From positions 330,894,001-330,958,000 of the forward strand of contig OZ024741.1 in the NCBI GenBank assembly GCA_964016885.1: a stretch of 64,000 nt of DNA. Direction: 5' to 3'. Position numbers and translations under genes: made by a program. A model generated the notes under the pieces. The model made no database searches, was not told the DNA's origin, and saw only the letters and a program-made list of their open reading frames with translations. This stretch comes from Eledone cirrhosa (lineage: Eukaryota). This document shows positions 60,900 through 64,000 of the stretch, piece after piece (positions within the stretch are counted from its first letter, which is position 1; every line of letters begins with the position of its first letter).

Positions 60900-61275
60900 T
60901 CCCAGACATAAGGATCAGAAGAACCAATACCACACATACTGTGATGTCAGATAGGCCTGGCTCAGAACCTCACAGTGATGTGAATTAGACCTAACTCAAA
61001 AAAACCAACACCATAGAATGGTGGGATAAGACTGGCTCAGAGAAATCAACCACACACTGTGATGTCAAATAAATCTGGCTCAAAGGAACTAACACCACAG
61101 AGTGATGTGTGTTAGACCTCGCTCAGAGGAATCCAACCCACAGAGTAATGTGTGTTAGACCTGGCCCAGAGGAACCAACCACACACACAGTAATGTGAGG
61201 TAAGCCTGGTTCAGAGGAACCAATACCACAGAGTGTTGAGATAAGCTTGGCTCAGAAAGATGCAGAGTGATGTGA
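60900..61275. repeat. Second array of the ~44-bp minisatellite
   Basis: Same unit as 58440-58960. Confidence 0.8.
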
Positions 61276-61924
61276 AGTAAGACTGTCACTTCAATCATTA
61301 CTAGAATGAATTGTATTCCAGGAAATTAGCCAGATACATACCAATGGAACAATCTGCTTGTGGAATTAACATGTAAGTAGCTGAGCATTACAGACATGAG
61401 CTCCCTTAATGTAGTTCTCAGGGAGATTCACTAAGACAAAGTATGTGACAATGTTGGCCTTTTCAATTACCAATACAACTCAATTTTTCTTGCTCAAGGA
61501 CACACCCTACTGCTGGGGATTAAACTCATGATCTTGTGATGATGAGCTGAACACCCTAACACCTAAACCAGGTGATGCTGGTGGTGGTAGAGGTAGTATT
61601 ATTATAAGTGGTGGTGGGAGTAGTAGTAGTAGTGGTGGTAGAGGTAGCAATAGTATTATCATTAGAGTCATGGTGGTAATAGTAGTAGGAGGATTTGAAT
61701 CTAGAGTGCAATGAACCAAAACAAATATCTGGATATTTAATCCAATGCCTTCATTGGTCGCAATAAAATAAAATAAAACCTAGCGAAAAAACAACAAAAA
61801 TAAATATTAAGCTACATAATATGTATAAAGTAATTTAACATCAAAGTATCTTGGTTTCAATATAAGAAGAATTATGTTTGTTTACCTTTGTGGTTGTTTA
61901 TTAATTCTTTCTCTTTTGTGGCAT

Positions 61925-62070
61925 CTAATAACACTAGAAATTTGTGTGTAAATGCTGCTAATAACACCAGAAATTCTAGTGTAAATGTTGAGAATGACAT
62001 CAGAAATTCTGGAGTAAATGTTGCTAATTACACAAGAAATTCTGGTGCAAATGTTGCTAATTACACCAAA
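61925..62070. repeat. 33-bp minisatellite
   Basis: AAATGTTGCTAATTACACCAGAAATTCTGGTGT-like units. Confidence 0.8.
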
Positions 62071-62244
62071 GGCTGAAGTGCCAACATTAACAACTAAGTT
62101 GACATGGCCGCCTGCAGAATGTGTTCCTAGATCGTTAGAACTTTCCAGACTTGGCTGGGCAGAGTCAAACCATTACCATCTCTTCTCTATTTTTGCCTGA
62201 TCTCAATTTGAATACTGTTACCCTGCTATACACAAACATACACA

Positions 62245-63005
62245 TTATCGGCATTTCACACCCATTTTTCCATGCTTGCTTTGGCTAGACGAGTTTTCCT
62301 GCAAGGCTTTCCTTCACTTGTGTTTCTTTGTCATCTCTTCTGTAATGTTCAAGCATTTTGAGATCAGCTCTTACCACATCTGCCCAAGTCTTCTACTGCA
62401 ACCTTCTTTCATTTCTTCACCCAATAATTATCCTCCATATGCATCACATGCCCATACCAGTACAGCTTTCTCTCTTGCACACTACATCTGATTCCTCTTA
62501 TACTCAGTTTTTCTCTCAATTCATCTGTGCTGTAGTGTTCATGCAGATCCAACAGAACATGTTCGCTTCCTTTCTCTCCAACCTTCATATATTCTCTGCA
62601 TTTACAGCCCATGTTTCACTTCCATGCATCATTGAACTTCTCATACAGGTATCATTGCTCATAGAGAAAAGGTCTTTGTTCTTGACAGAAGTAATACACA
62701 TACATATATTTATATTTTATACTTTCTTTCAGGTACAGAAAGCAGAGGGGCCATCCCCCTTCCTGTAATGTAACACATTTCAGGGCCAGCAACTGTTAAT
62801 GTTGGCACACTGAAAGGTAGGTCTGGTGATACTGAAGATGTTTGAGCAAAGATGTGTAAATATGTACTGTGTAGAAGAGGTGAAATGTGGGGAGGGAGCC
62901 TCAACTAGATCCCTCACAGGCAAAGCGCACAGATATAAGCTTTTCTGAGTAGATAACAATGATGAGGTAGGTAGAATTTGTAATTTACTGAGAGGTGGAT
63001 AGTTA
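62245..63005. mobile_element. Old RTE fragments (3' end on minus, APE start on plus)
   Basis: LYWYGHVMHM on minus; NVGTLKGRSGD on plus. Confidence 0.7.
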
Positions 63006-63309
63006 GAGTATGTGTGTTTGTATATATATACATGCAGAGGAGATCCATCAGTGTAACCAATTCCTGAACACTGCCATAAAACTCACTAATTGTGTTCGTT
63101 CTGAAATGCAACCTATCAACTGCACACTTGTTATCCCATTGAGCTTGTGAGCTATGGCTGGTAGTCACTAAAATAAATTTGGTAACTTCTGTAATATATA
63201 TATATACATTCAGTCATACAGCCAGAAATTAAGGTTTTGCATTGAAATCAAAGCGTATTCAGGAAAAATTGGTGTCATCGAGGGAGTCATGGTGAACATC
63301 TGGAAGCAG

Positions 63310-63990
63310 TGAAATGTTTGTGGACTTTTTAAAAGCCTTTGACTATCTTCATGACAAAATGTATGAAGTTCTTCTCACATATAGGATAGCACAAAAAGTG
63401 GTATCAACAGTTATCACTCTTTATCTGATGGAGACCAATTTCTTCCAACATCACTGCAGGTGTCTTGCAAAGTGTTACAGTTACACCATTTCTATTTATA
63501 TAATGTACCTGGACTGTCCTTCACTCTTCAATGAACAAAATTTTAAAACTCGGCTTCACTAAGAAAATCCACCTCCAGTCAGCCACATTAATGGATGAGG
63601 ATATGCTGATGATATCACTCTCTTCTCAGACATATCAGAAGCTGGTCTTTATGGCAAGGCCTCAAAAGGTTGAATATATCTCACAAAAGCATCGGTTATT
63701 CTTGATGGCTTCAAGTGTCCTTTGGAAGTTATCACTATTAGAGGATCTTAAGAGAAGTTTCTTCCATGCCACTGTGAAATCAGTGCTTTTGTGTGGGTCC
63801 ACAGCCTAGACACTCACGAAACACCTTGAGACAAGGTTTGGTGGTCTTTATACCCAGGTATTATAGGCAATTCTGAATATTTCTTAGGAGCATCTGACCA
63901 ATCAAGATCTGTATGCCAATCTGTTGATATTAGCTCCACGATTTCCTGCTCACACAGTATCCCTTTCATGCCATGGTTTTCCTACAATGT
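63310..63990 (+). pseudogene. Highly decayed RTE-group RT fragment
   Basis: FVDFLKAFD; SVLLCGSTA*TLTK. Confidence 0.65.
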
Positions 63991-64000
63991 ACAGCCATAG

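Overview
This is animal genomic DNA, very AT-rich and repeat-dense. The repeat content suggests a cephalopod/octopus (inference only). Much of the window is degenerate (TA)n microsatellite, including an ~18.5 kb block at 31.6-50.1 kb with a 200-N gap; nearly all long I/Y-rich ORFs in the track are artefacts of it. Inserted into the TA tracts are two Penelope-like retroelements (PLEs; RT + C-terminal GIY-YIG) of different lineages, several RTE LINEs, a CR1/L2-type fragment, mariner and Tc1 deletion derivatives, a solo LTR, Nin- and CORE-type SINEs and a probable Helitron end. The main hidden signal is a dense set of about 14 hammerhead ribozyme (HHR) motifs, intact, half or degenerate, on both strands. 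They belong to about ten mostly unrelated short elements in (TA)n. Many are head-to-head fold-backs with an unpaired 3' tail, several have greatly enlarged stem II (up to 116 nt), and one folds back inside the CUGAUGA core. The right end carries three in-phase candidate micro-exons of an unidentified minus-strand host gene, whose intron may contain the repeat block.
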